The notes beneath the pieces were generated by a model that worked only from the letters and a program-made list of their open reading frames with translations, made no database searches and was not told the origin of the DNA. Shown one piece after another: positions 1 through 8,440 of a DNA stretch of 12,483 bases. The stretch's first letter is position 1. Each line of letters starts with the position of its first letter. The stretch comes from a virus. Lineage: Duplodnaviria; Heunggongvirae; Uroviricota; Caudoviricetes. A program made the translations under genes and the position numbers. The stretch lies in IMG/VR virus record IMGVR_UViG_2563366928_000007; one strand, written 5' to 3'.

Positions 1-357
<357 letters not shown>

Positions 358-487
358 AAACTGGGGATAACGCCTTAAATGGCGAAGAAACGGTCTAAAT
401 AGGCTGATTCAAGGCATTTACGGGAGAAAAAATCGGCTCAAACATGAAGAAATGAAATGACTGAGTCAGCCGAGAAGAATTTCCCCG

Positions 488-503
488 CTTATTCGCACCT
501 TCC
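488..503. repeat. IS5 16-bp terminal inverted repeat (CTTATTCGCACCTTCC) marking the element boundary; followed by CTAG (504-507), the expected IS5 target tetranucleotide
   Basis: Exact reverse complement of the IS5 terminal sequence GGAAGGTGCGAATAAG. IS5 inserts at YTAR and duplicates 4 bp (established knowledge). Confidence 0.85.
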
Positions 504-1852
504 CTAGTGAACTTGCAAAACTGGAAAAACTAAAGAGTCAGTATTCAAAGGAAGAATATAATAATCTTATCGCTCAAATAAATGAGCGTTATAAAGATCC
601 AAAGCAACCAAAGGCGAAAGGTTATTCGGATGATGCTGCCCAACGAATGATTGATCATCTGAATCAACAGAATGCGTTACTAAGTTCACAAACTGAATTA
701 ACCGTTAAATTAAGTTCCTCTGAACAGGAACTGGTTAAGTGGCGTCAGCAGATTGCCGACCTGGAGTCACGACCGTCATCGAAATTAACCAAGGATCAGA
801 AATCGCTTCTCTTACACCGGGAAGAAATAACCGCGTTGATGGAGAAAAATGTTGCGATTGAAAAAAATAACAGGCTAATCAAGGAATCCGCCGAAATAGC
901 TGCATGGCGTGATTCATTGCAGGCTTCGATTGATAATCGTCAACAGGGGTATGATATTCAGATTGCTGGTTATGGGGTTGGCGATAAAAATCAGCAACGC
1001 CAGCAGGAATTACTGCGGATTGAACGTGAATATAACAATCAGCGTCTGCAACTTGAACGTGACTATGCAGATAAATCCCGTGGGATGTCAAATCATGTTT
1101 TTCAGGAGAAAATGCAGGCTCTGAATGATGCTCTGGAACGAGAAAAAGAAATTGTCAGACAGAAAAACGAGCAGCTCGATATTCAGGCAGGAGACTGGGT
1201 TAGTGGTGCCTCCCAGGGATTCAATAACTGGCTGGATGACACTAAAGATATCAGTGAGCAGATAAAATCAACCACGACTCAGATGTTTGATGGAATGACC
1301 GATGCGCTGGGTGATTTTGTCACGACAGGCAAAGCAAATTTTCGTTCTTTCGCTACTTCCGTGATTTCGGATCTTAGTCGAATAGCATTAAAGGCTTCAA
1401 TTACTGGGATTTTCGACAGCATTAGTAACAGTTCTTCTGGGGGGATTTTAGGAACTATCGGGAGTGCTATTAGTAAATTTATTCCGAATGCAAAGGGCGG
1501 TGTTTATGAGTCTCCGTCATTGAACACGTATTCGAACGGTATTTATGATTCCCCGCAATTTTTTGCTTTTGCAAGAGGGGCTGGTGTTTTTGGTGAGGCT
1601 GGTCCGGAAGCCATTATGCCATTAACACGAACTTCCGATGGTTCTCTTGGTGTCAGAGCTGTTAATAGTAAAAGTGGTAATGGAGGCGGAGATATTACCT
1701 ATGCCCCTGTATACCAAATCACTATTCAAAATGACGGCCAGAATGGAGAGATTGGCCCTCAGGCAATAAAAGCACTTATGGGGATGGTTGATCAGCGGGT
1801 GCAGGGCAATCTGTTAAATATGCGACGTGATGGGGGAATGTTAAGTGGCTAA
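504..1852 (+). pseudogene. Tail tape measure protein (lambda gpH-like), 3' fragment; gene interrupted by the IS5 insertion
   Basis: The reading frame is open, with no stop, from the IS5 boundary (codons from 506) through to TAA at 1850-1852. The product is coiled-coil-like and Q/E/K/R-rich, then Gly/Ser-rich, typical of a tape measure C-terminus. Its position immediately upstream of M-L-K-I-J and its stop overlapping the M start match lambda H. The ORF track gives an ATG-initiated remnant at 647-1852 (401 aa). Confidence 0.78.
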
Positions 1853-2183
1853 TACGGAAGAATTTCACTGGTTACCAGAGGATGGAATGAAAACAGAAAA
1901 TAAACCATCGATAAAAACTGTAAGATTTGGCGATGGTTATGAGCAACGAAGTCCAAATGGACTTAATCATTCTCTGCGCGTTTTCACCTGTGATTTCAAA
2001 GTTGAGGCGAATGAACGTGATTCATTTGAAAAATTTTTAGCCCGGCATGAAGGCTATAAATCTTTTTTTTGGCGCCCGCCGGGTATTAACAGAAAAATCA
2101 GAGTGGTGTGTCGAACGTGGTCAGCGACAGAACATATCACCTATACCGATTTTTCGTGTCAGTTTGACGAAGTGGTGATCTGA
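1845..2183 (+). CDS. M: Minor tail protein M (lambda gpM-like)
   Basis: 112-aa ORF. The N-terminal FHW…GM…PS…VRFGDGYEQR and C-terminal …FDEVVI align by eye with lambda gpM (MKTFRWKVKPGMDVASVPSVRKVRFGDGYSQR…EFEQVVN, recalled). An alternative internal start exists at ATG 1887 with a GAGGATGG Shine-Dalgarno; the upstream start is favoured because the N-terminal residues are conserved with lambda M. Confidence 0.85.
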   Translation: MANTEEFHWLPEDGMKTENKPSIKTVRFGDGYEQRSPNGLNHSLRVFTCDFKVEANERDSFEKFLARHEGYKSFFWRPPGINRKIRVVCRTWSATEHITYTDFSCQFDEVVI

Positions 2184-2881
2184 TGCAGGACATACAACAG
2201 GAAACGCTGAATGAATGCATTCGTGCGGAGCAGTCGGCCAGCGTGGTGCTCTGGGAAATCGACCTGACCGAGGTAGGCGGGGATCGCTACTTTTTCTGTA
2301 ATGAGCAGAACGAAAAAGGTGAGTCTGTCACCTGGCAGAGTCGGCAGTATCAGGCCTATCCCATTCAGGGGAGTGGATTTGAGATGAACGGCAAGGGCAG
2401 TGCTGCCCGTCCGACACTGACGGTCTCTAACCTGCACGGCATGATCACCGGGATGGCGGAAGATCTGCAGAGTCTGGTCGGCGGAACGGTGGTCCGGCGT
2501 AAGGTTTACGCCCGCTTTCTGGATGCGGTGAACTTCGTCAACGGAAACAGCGAAGCCGATCCGGAGCAGGAGGTGATCAGCCGCTGGCGCATCGAGCAGT
2601 GCAGCGAACTGAGCGCGGTCAGTGCCTCTTTTGTACTGTCCACGCCGACTGAAACGGATGGCGCTGTTTTTCCGGGACGTATCATGCTGGCCAACACCTG
2701 CACCTGGACCTATCGCGGCGATGAGTGCGGTTATAGCGGTCCGGCGGTCGCGGATGAATATGACCAGCCGACGTCCGATATCACGAAGGATAAATGCAGC
2801 AAATGCCTGAGTGGCTGTAAGTTTCGCAATAATGTCGGCAACTTTGGCAGCTTCCTTTCCATTAACAAACTTTCGCAGTAA
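2183..2881 (+). CDS. L: Minor tail protein L (lambda gpL-like)
   Basis: 232-aa ORF, the same length as lambda gpL. Its start overlaps the M stop (TGATG). The C-terminal Cys cluster (CSKCLSGCKF) is consistent with the Fe-S-binding gpL family. Conserved gene order. Confidence 0.9.
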   Translation: MQDIQQETLNECIRAEQSASVVLWEIDLTEVGGDRYFFCNEQNEKGESVTWQSRQYQAYPIQGSGFEMNGKGSAARPTLTVSNLHGMITGMAEDLQSLVGGTVVRRKVYARFLDAVNFVNGNSEADPEQEVISRWRIEQCSELSAVSASFVLSTPTETDGAVFPGRIMLANTCTWTYRGDECGYSGPAVADEYDQPTSDITKDKCSKCLSGCKFRNNVGNFGSFLSINKLSQ

Positions 2882-2886
2882 ATCCC

Positions 2887-3630
2887 ATGACAGAGACAGA
2901 ATCAGCGATTCTGGCGCACGCCCGGCGATGTGCGCCAGCGGAGTCGTGCGGCTTCGTGGTGAGAACGCCGGAGGAGGAAAGATATTTTCCCTGCGTGAAT
3001 ATCTCCGGTGAGCCGGAGGAGTATTTCCGGATGTCGCCGGAGGACTGGCTGAGTGCAGAAATGCAGGGAGAGATTGTGGCGCTGGTCCACAGCCACCCCG
3101 GTGGTCTGCCCTGGCTGAGTGAGGCCGACCGGCGGCTGCAGGTACAGAGTGATTTGCCGTGGTGGCTGGTCTGCCGGGGGGCGATTCATAAATTCCGCTG
3201 TGTGCCGCATCTCACCGGGCGGCGCTTTGAGCACGGGGTAACGGACTGTTACACGCTGTTCCGGGACGCTTACCATCTGGCGGGAATTGAGATGCCGGAT
3301 TTTCATCGCGGGGATGACTGGTGGCGTAACGGTCAGAATCTCTATCTGGATAATCTGGAGGCCACAGGGCTGTATCAGGTGCCGTTGTCAGCGGCGCAGC
3401 CGGGCGATGTGCTGCTGTGCTGTTTTGGTTCATCGGTGCCGAATCATGCCGCCATTTACTGTGGTGACAGCGAGCTGCTGCACCATATTCCTGAACAACT
3501 GAGCAAACGAGAGAGGTACACCGACAAATGGCAGCGACGCACACACTCCCTCTGGCGTCACCGGGCATGGCACGCATCTGCCTTTACGGGGATTTACAAC
3601 GATTTGGCCGCCGCATCGACCTTCGAGTGA
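2887..3630 (+). CDS. K: Tail assembly protein K (lambda gpK-like) with N-terminal JAB/MPN (JAMM) domain and C-terminal NlpC/P60 domain
   Basis: 247-aa ORF. JAMM motif H-S-H-x7-S-x2-D (VHSHPGGLPWLSEAD); NlpC/P60-type Cys (VTDCYTLF) and His (VPNHAAIY). The 3' end overlaps I by 103 nt, as in lambda. The classical lambda annotation corresponds to the internal ATG at 3031 (199 aa). Confidence 0.85.
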   Translation: MTETESAILAHARRCAPAESCGFVVRTPEEERYFPCVNISGEPEEYFRMSPEDWLSAEMQGEIVALVHSHPGGLPWLSEADRRLQVQSDLPWWLVCRGAIHKFRCVPHLTGRRFEHGVTDCYTLFRDAYHLAGIEMPDFHRGDDWWRNGQNLYLDNLEATGLYQVPLSAAQPGDVLLCCFGSSVPNHAAIYCGDSELLHHIPEQLSKRERYTDKWQRRTHSLWRHRAWHASAFTGIYNDLAAASTFE

Positions 3631-4169
3631 AAACGGGGTCCGAAGCCATCCGGGCGCTGGCCATGCAGATCCCGGCATTTCGTCAGAAACTGAGCGACGG
3701 CTGGTACCAGGTACGCATTGCCGGGCGTGATGCAGGTGAAACCGAATTGTCTGCCCGTCTTAATGAGCCGCTGGAAAATGGTGCCGTGATCCATATCGTG
3801 CCGCGTCTGGCAGGAGCCAAAAGTGGCGGTGTGTTTCAGGCTGTGCTGGGGGCGGCTGTTATGGCGGTTGCTATATGGATGCCGGGGGTAGGAATTATGG
3901 CGAGTAATCTGCTGTTTTCTCTCGGTGCCAGTATGACGCTTGGCGGTGTTGCACAGATGCTGGCCCCTAAACCCAAAACCCCCCGCACACAGACAACGGA
4001 TAACGGCAAACAGAACACCTATTTTTCTTCACTGGATAACATGGTTGCCCAGGGCAATGTTCTGCCGGTTCTGTACGGTGAAATGCGCGTGGGGTCACGC
4101 GTGGTTTCTCAGGAGATCAGCACGGCAGACGAAGGGGATGGTGGTCAGGTTGTGGTGATTGGTCGCTGA
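3528..4169 (+). CDS. I: Tail assembly protein I (lambda gpI-like)
   Basis: 213-aa ORF beginning MAATHTLPLASPGMARICLYGDLQRFGRRIDL… and ending …VVSQEISTADEGDGGQVVVIGR, matching lambda gpI termini from memory. Its start lies inside the 3' end of K in another frame. Confidence 0.9.
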   Translation: MAATHTLPLASPGMARICLYGDLQRFGRRIDLRVKTGSEAIRALAMQIPAFRQKLSDGWYQVRIAGRDAGETELSARLNEPLENGAVIHIVPRLAGAKSGGVFQAVLGAAVMAVAIWMPGVGIMASNLLFSLGASMTLGGVAQMLAPKPKTPRTQTTDNGKQNTYFSSLDNMVAQGNVLPVLYGEMRVGSRVVSQEISTADEGDGGQVVVIGR

Positions 4170-4187
4170 TGCAAAATGTTTTATGTG

Positions 4188-4215
4188 AAACCGCCTCCGG
4201 GCGGTTTTATCGTTT
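4188..4215 (+). other. I-J intergenic hairpin (AAACCGCC-TCCG-GGCGGTTT) followed by a T-rich tract (TTTTATCGTTT); possible weak terminator or attenuator
   Basis: 8-bp perfect inverted repeat with a 4-nt loop read directly from the sequence. The U-tract is interrupted, so the terminator call is weak. Confidence 0.35.
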
Positions 4216-4229
4216 ATGGAGCATGACGA

Positions 4230-7200
4230 ATGGGTAAAGGCAGCAGTAAGGGGCATACCCCGCGCGAAGCGAAGGACAACCTGAAGTCCACGCAGCTGCT
4301 GAGTGTGATCGATGCCATCAGCGAAGGGCCGGTTGAAGGTCCGGTGGATGGATTAAAAAGCGTGCTGCTGAACAGTACGCCGGTGCTGGACAGTGAGGGG
4401 AATACCAATATATCCGGCGTCACGGTGGTGTTCCGGGCCGGTGAGCAGGAGCAGACACCGCCGGAGGGATTTGAATCCTCCGGCTCCGAGACGGTGCTGG
4501 GTACGGAAGTGAAGTACGACACGCCGATTACCCGGACCATCACGTCGGCAAACATCGACCGTCTGCGCTTTACCTTCGGTGTGCAGGCACTGGTGGAAAC
4601 CACCTCAAAGGGGGACCGGAATCCGTCGGAAGTCCGCCTGCTGGTTCAGATACAGCGTAATGGTGGCTGGGTGACGGAAAAAGACATCACCATTAAAGGC
4701 AAAACCACCTCACAGTATCTAGCATCGGTGGTGGTGGGTGACCTGCCGCCGCGCCCGTTCAATATCCGGATGCGCAGGATGACGCCGGACAGCACCACAG
4801 ACCAGCTGCAGAACAAAACGCTCTGGTCGTCATACACCGAAATCATCGATGTGAAACAGTGCTACCCGAACACGGCACTGGTCGGCGTACAGGTGGATTC
4901 GGAGCAGTTCGGCAGCCAGCAGGTGAGCCGTAATTATCATCTGCGCGGGCGTATTCTGCAGGTGCCGTCGAACTATAACCCGCAGACTCGGCAATACAGC
5001 GGTATCTGGGACGGAACGTTTAAGCCAGCATACAGCAATAACATGGCCTGGTGTCTGTGGGATATGCTGACCCATCCACGCTACGGCATGGGGAAACGTC
5101 TTGGTGCGGCGGATGTGGACAAATGGGCGCTGTATGTCATCGGCCAGTACTGCGACCAGTCAGTGCCGGACGGCTTTGGCGGCACGGAGCCGCGCATCAC
5201 CTGTAATGCGTACCTGACCACACAGCGCAAGGCGTGGGATGTGCTCAGTGATTTCTGCTCGGCGATGCGCTGTATGCCGGTATGGAACGGGCAGACGCTG
5301 ACGTTCGTGCAGGACCGACCGTCGGATAAGGTGTGGACCTATAACCGCAGTAATGTGGTGATGCCGGATGATGGCGCGCCGTTCCGCTACAGCTTCAGCG
5401 CCCTGAAGGACCGCCATAATGCCGTTGAGGTGAACTGGATTGACCCGGACAACGGCTGGGAGACGGCGACAGAGCTTGTTGAAGATACGCAGGCCATTGC
5501 CCGTTACGGTCGTAATGTCACGAAGATGGATGCCTTTGGCTGTACCAGCCGGGGGCAGGCACACCGCGCCGGGCTGTGGCTGATTAAAACGGAACTGCTG
5601 GAGACGCAGACCGTGGATTTCAGCGTGGGTGCTGAAGGGCTTCGCCATGTACCGGGCGATGTCATTGAAATCTGCGATGATGACTATGCCGGTATCAGCA
5701 CCGGTGGTCGCGTGCTGGCGGTGAACAGCCAGACCCGGACGCTGACGCTCGACCGTGAAATCACGCTGCCATCCTCCGGTACCACGCTGATAAGCCTGGT
5801 TGACGGAAGTGGTAATCCGGTCAGCGTGGAGGTTCAGTCCGTCACCGACGGACTTAAGGTGAAAGTGAACCGGGTTCCTGACGGCGTTGCAGAATACAGT
5901 GTGTGGGGGCTGAAGCTGCCGACGCTGCGCCAGCGCCTGTTCCGCTGTGTGAGTATCCGTGAGAACGATGACGGCACGTATGCCATCACTGCCGTGCAGC
6001 ATGTACCGGAAAAAGAAGCCATCGTGGATAACGGGGCGCACTTTGACGGCGACCAGAGCGGCACGGTGAATGGTGTCACGCCGCCAGCGGTGCAGCACCT
6101 GACCGCCGAAGTCACCGCAGACAGCGGGGAATATCAGGTGCTGGCGCGCTGGGACACGCCGAAGGTGGTGAAGGGCGTGAGCTTCCTGCTTCGCCTGACC
6201 GTGGCAGCGGATGACGGCAGTGAGCGGCTGGTCAGCACGGCCCGGACGACGGAAACCACATACCGCTTCACGCAACTGGCGCTGGGGCGGTACACGCTGA
6301 CAGTCCGGGCGGTAAATGCGTGGGGACAGCAGGGCGATCCGGCGTCGGTATCGTTCCGGATTGCCGCACCGGTAGCACCGTCGCGGATTGAGCTGACGCC
6401 GGGGTATTTTCAGATAACCGCCACGCCGCATCTTGCCGTTTATGACCCGACGGTACAGTTTGAGTTCTGGTTCTCGGAAAAGCGGATTACCGATATCAGG
6501 CAGGTTGAAACCACAGCGCGCTACCTTGGCACGGGGCTGTACTGGATAGCCGCCAGTATCAATATCAAACCGGGCCATGATTATTATTTTTACGTTCGCA
6601 GTGTGAACACCGTTGGCAAATCGGCATTCGTGGAGGCTGTTGGTCAGCCGAGTGATGATGCATCCGGCTATCTGGATTTTTTCAAAGGCGAGATAGGGAA
6701 AACCCATCTGGCTCAGGAGCTGTGGACGCAGATTGATAACGGTCAGCTTGCGCCTGACCTGGCTGAAATCAGGACGTCCATTACGGATGTCAGCAATGAA
6801 ATCACGCAGACCGTCAATAAGAAACTGGAAGACCAGAGTGCAGCGATCCAGCAGATACAGAAGGTTCAGGTTGATACAAATAATAACCTGAACAGCATGT
6901 GGGCAGTGAAGCTGCAGCAGATGCAGGACGGACGCCTTTATATTGCGGGTATCGGTGCCGGTATTGAGAACACCCCCGACGGCATGCAGAGTCAGGTGCT
7001 GCTGGCGGCAGACAGGATTGCGATGATTAATCCTGCGAATGGCAACACAAAGCCGATGTTTGTTGGTCAGGGCGATCAGATATTCATGAATGAAGTGTTC
7101 CTGAAATATCTGACGGCTCCCACCATTACCAGCGGCGGTAATCCTCCGGCATTTTCCCTGACACCGGACGGGCGACTGACGGCGAAAAATGCCGATATCA

Positions 7201-7709
7201 GCGGTAGCGTGAATGCGAACTCCGGGACGCTCAACAACGTCACGATTAACGAGAACTGTCGGGTTCTGGGAAAACTGTCCGCGAACCAGATTGAAGGCGA
7301 TCTCGTTAAAACAGTGGGCAAAGCTTTCCCCCGGGACTCCCGTGCACCGGAGCGGTGGCCATCAGGGACCATTACCGTCAGGGTTTATGACGATCAGCCG
7401 TTTGACCGGCAAATTGTTATTCCAGCGGTGGCTTTCAGCGGTGCCAGACATGAACGGGAGAATAGCGATACTTATTCGTCATGCCGCCTGATAGTGAAGA
7501 AAAACGGGGCTGAAATTTATAACCGAACGGCTCTGGATAATACTCTGATTTACACGGGTGTTATTGATATGCCTGCAGGCAGTGGCGTAATGACACTGGA
7601 GTTTTCTGTATCAGCATGGTGGGTAAATGGCTGGTATCCCACAGCAAGTATCAGCGATTTGCTGGTTGTTGTGATGAAGAAAGCCACTGCAGGCATCACG
7701 ATTAGCTGA
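4230..7709 (+). CDS. J: Central tail fibre / host specificity protein J (tip attachment protein)
   Basis: 1159-aa ORF with GGAG Shine-Dalgarno 8 nt upstream. The N-terminus [34 protein letters not shown]… and most of the first ~1000 aa match lambda gpJ from memory. The C-terminal ~150-200 aa diverge from lambda in sequence but retain the …[23 protein letters not shown] ending. Confidence 0.95.
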   Translation: MGKGSSKGHTPREAKDNLKSTQLLSVIDAISEGPVEGPVDGLKSVLLNSTPVLDSEGNTNISGVTVVFRAGEQEQTPPEGFESSGSETVLGTEVKYDTPITRTITSANIDRLRFTFGVQALVETTSKGDRNPSEVRLLVQIQRNGGWVTEKDITIKGKTTSQYLASVVVGDLPPRPFNIRMRRMTPDSTTDQLQNKTLWSSYTEIIDVKQCYPNTALVGVQVDSEQFGSQQVSRNYHLRGRILQVPSNYNPQTRQYSGIWDGTFKPAYSNNMAWCLWDMLTHPRYGMGKRLGAADVDKWALYVIGQYCDQSVPDGFGGTEPRITCNAYLTTQRKAWDVLSDFCSAMRCMPVWNGQTLTFVQDRPSDKVWTYNRSNVVMPDDGAPFRYSFSALKDRHNAVEVNWIDPDNGWETATELVEDTQAIARYGRNVTKMDAFGCTSRGQAHRAGLWLIKTELLETQTVDFSVGAEGLRHVPGDVIEICDDDYAGISTGGRVLAVNSQTRTLTLDREITLPSSGTTLISLVDGSGNPVSVEVQSVTDGLKVKVNRVPDGVAEYSVWGLKLPTLRQRLFRCVSIRENDDGTYAITAVQHVPEKEAIVDNGAHFDGDQSGTVNGVTPPAVQHLTAEVTADSGEYQVLARWDTPKVVKGVSFLLRLTVAADDGSERLVSTARTTETTYRFTQLALGRYTLTVRAVNAWGQQGDPASVSFRIAAPVAPSRIELTPGYFQITATPHLAVYDPTVQFEFWFSEKRITDIRQVETTARYLGTGLYWIAASINIKPGHDYYFYVRSVNTVGKSAFVEAVGQPSDDASGYLDFFKGEIGKTHLAQELWTQIDNGQLAPDLAEIRTSITDVSNEITQTVNKKLEDQSAAIQQIQKVQVDTNNNLNSMWAVKLQQMQDGRLYIAGIGAGIENTPDGMQSQVLLAADRIAMINPANGNTKPMFVGQGDQIFMNEVFLKYLTAPTITSGGNPPAFSLTPDGRLTAKNADISGSVNANSGTLNNVTINENCRVLGKLSANQIEGDLVKTVGKAFPRDSRAPERWPSGTITVRVYDDQPFDRQIVIPAVAFSGARHERENSDTYSSCRLIVKKNGAEIYNRTALDNTLIYTGVIDMPAGSGVMTLEFSVSAWWVNGWYPTASISDLLVVVMKKATAGITIS

Positions 7710-7727
7710 ATTTTATAACCCAGATAC

Positions 7728-7755
7728 GGGCGCCAGAAATGGCGCCTTTTTTATT
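7728..7755 (+). terminator. Rho-independent terminator downstream of J
   Basis: GGCGCC (7729-7734), loop AGAAAT, GGCGCC (7741-7746), followed by TTTTTTATT. Confidence 0.7.
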
Positions 7756-7776
7756 GCAGAAAAGCGAGAGGTAATT

Positions 7777-8376
7777 ATGCGTAAATTATGTGCTGTTATT
7801 CTGTCCACAGTAGTCTGGCTGGTCGCCGCTGGTACGCCAGCGAGCGCAGCAGAGCATCAGTCCACACTAAGCGCCGGGTATCTTCAGACCCATACTGATA
7901 TGCCCGGCAACGATGACCTGAAGGGCATTAACGTGAAATACCGTTATGAATTTACGGACACGCTGGGGCTGGTGACGTCATTCAGTTATGCCAATGCCAA
8001 AGATGAGCAAAAAACGCATTACAGCGATACCCGCTGGCATGAAGATTCAGTGCGTAACCGCTGGTTCAGCATGATGGCGGGGCCGTCTGTACGCGTGAAT
8101 GAATGGTTCAGTGCTTATGCGATGGCAGGTGTGGCTTACAGCCGTGTTTCAACTTTTTCCGGGGATTATCTCCGCGTAACTGACAGCAAGGGGAAAACGC
8201 ACGATGTGCTGACTGGAAGTGATGACGGTCGCCACAGCAACACGTCTCTGGCGTGGGGGGCTGGCGTGCAGTTTAACCCGACCGAATCCGTGGCCATTGA
8301 TATTGCTTATGAAGGCTCCGGCAGTGGTGACTGGCGCACTGACGGTTTCATCGTGGGTGTCGGTTATAAATTCTGA
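7777..8376 (+). CDS. lom: Outer membrane beta-barrel protein Lom (Ail/Lom/PagC/OmpX family)
   Basis: 199-aa ORF with GAGAGG Shine-Dalgarno. N-terminal signal peptide (MRKLCAVILSTVVWLVAAGTPASAAE), alternating amphipathic beta-strand pattern, and C-terminal …GVGYKF ending in Phe as in outer-membrane barrels. Position between J and stf is as in lambda. Confidence 0.9.
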   Translation: MRKLCAVILSTVVWLVAAGTPASAAEHQSTLSAGYLQTHTDMPGNDDLKGINVKYRYEFTDTLGLVTSFSYANAKDEQKTHYSDTRWHEDSVRNRWFSMMAGPSVRVNEWFSAYAMAGVAYSRVSTFSGDYLRVTDSKGKTHDVLTGSDDGRHSNTSLAWGAGVQFNPTESVAIDIAYEGSGSGDWRTDGFIVGVGYKF

Positions 8377-8402
8377 TTAGCCAGGTAACACAGTGTTATG
8401 AC

Positions 8403-8430
8403 AGCCCGCCGGTTCAGGCGGGCTTTTTTG
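8403..8430 (+). terminator. Rho-independent terminator downstream of lom
   Basis: AGCCCGCC (8403-8410), loop GGTTCA, GGCGGGCT (8417-8424), followed by TTTTTTG. Confidence 0.75.
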
Positions 8431-8440
8431 TGGAGTGGAT

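Noticed and set aside
879-1124. Short ORFs on both strands inside the tape measure fragment
   Set aside because: They are embedded in the tape measure coding frame and are short, with no independent support.
5160-6707. 515-aa ORF on the minus strand
   Set aside because: It lies entirely antisense to the well-supported J gene. Its protein is Arg/His/Pro-rich and low-complexity, as expected for the reverse-strand translation of a GC-rich gene, with no recognisable start context or domain.
7747-7776. Sigma-70 promoter for lom in the J-lom intergenic region
   Set aside because: A TTGCAG hexamer is present, but no acceptable -10 element at proper spacing was seen. Too weak to annotate.
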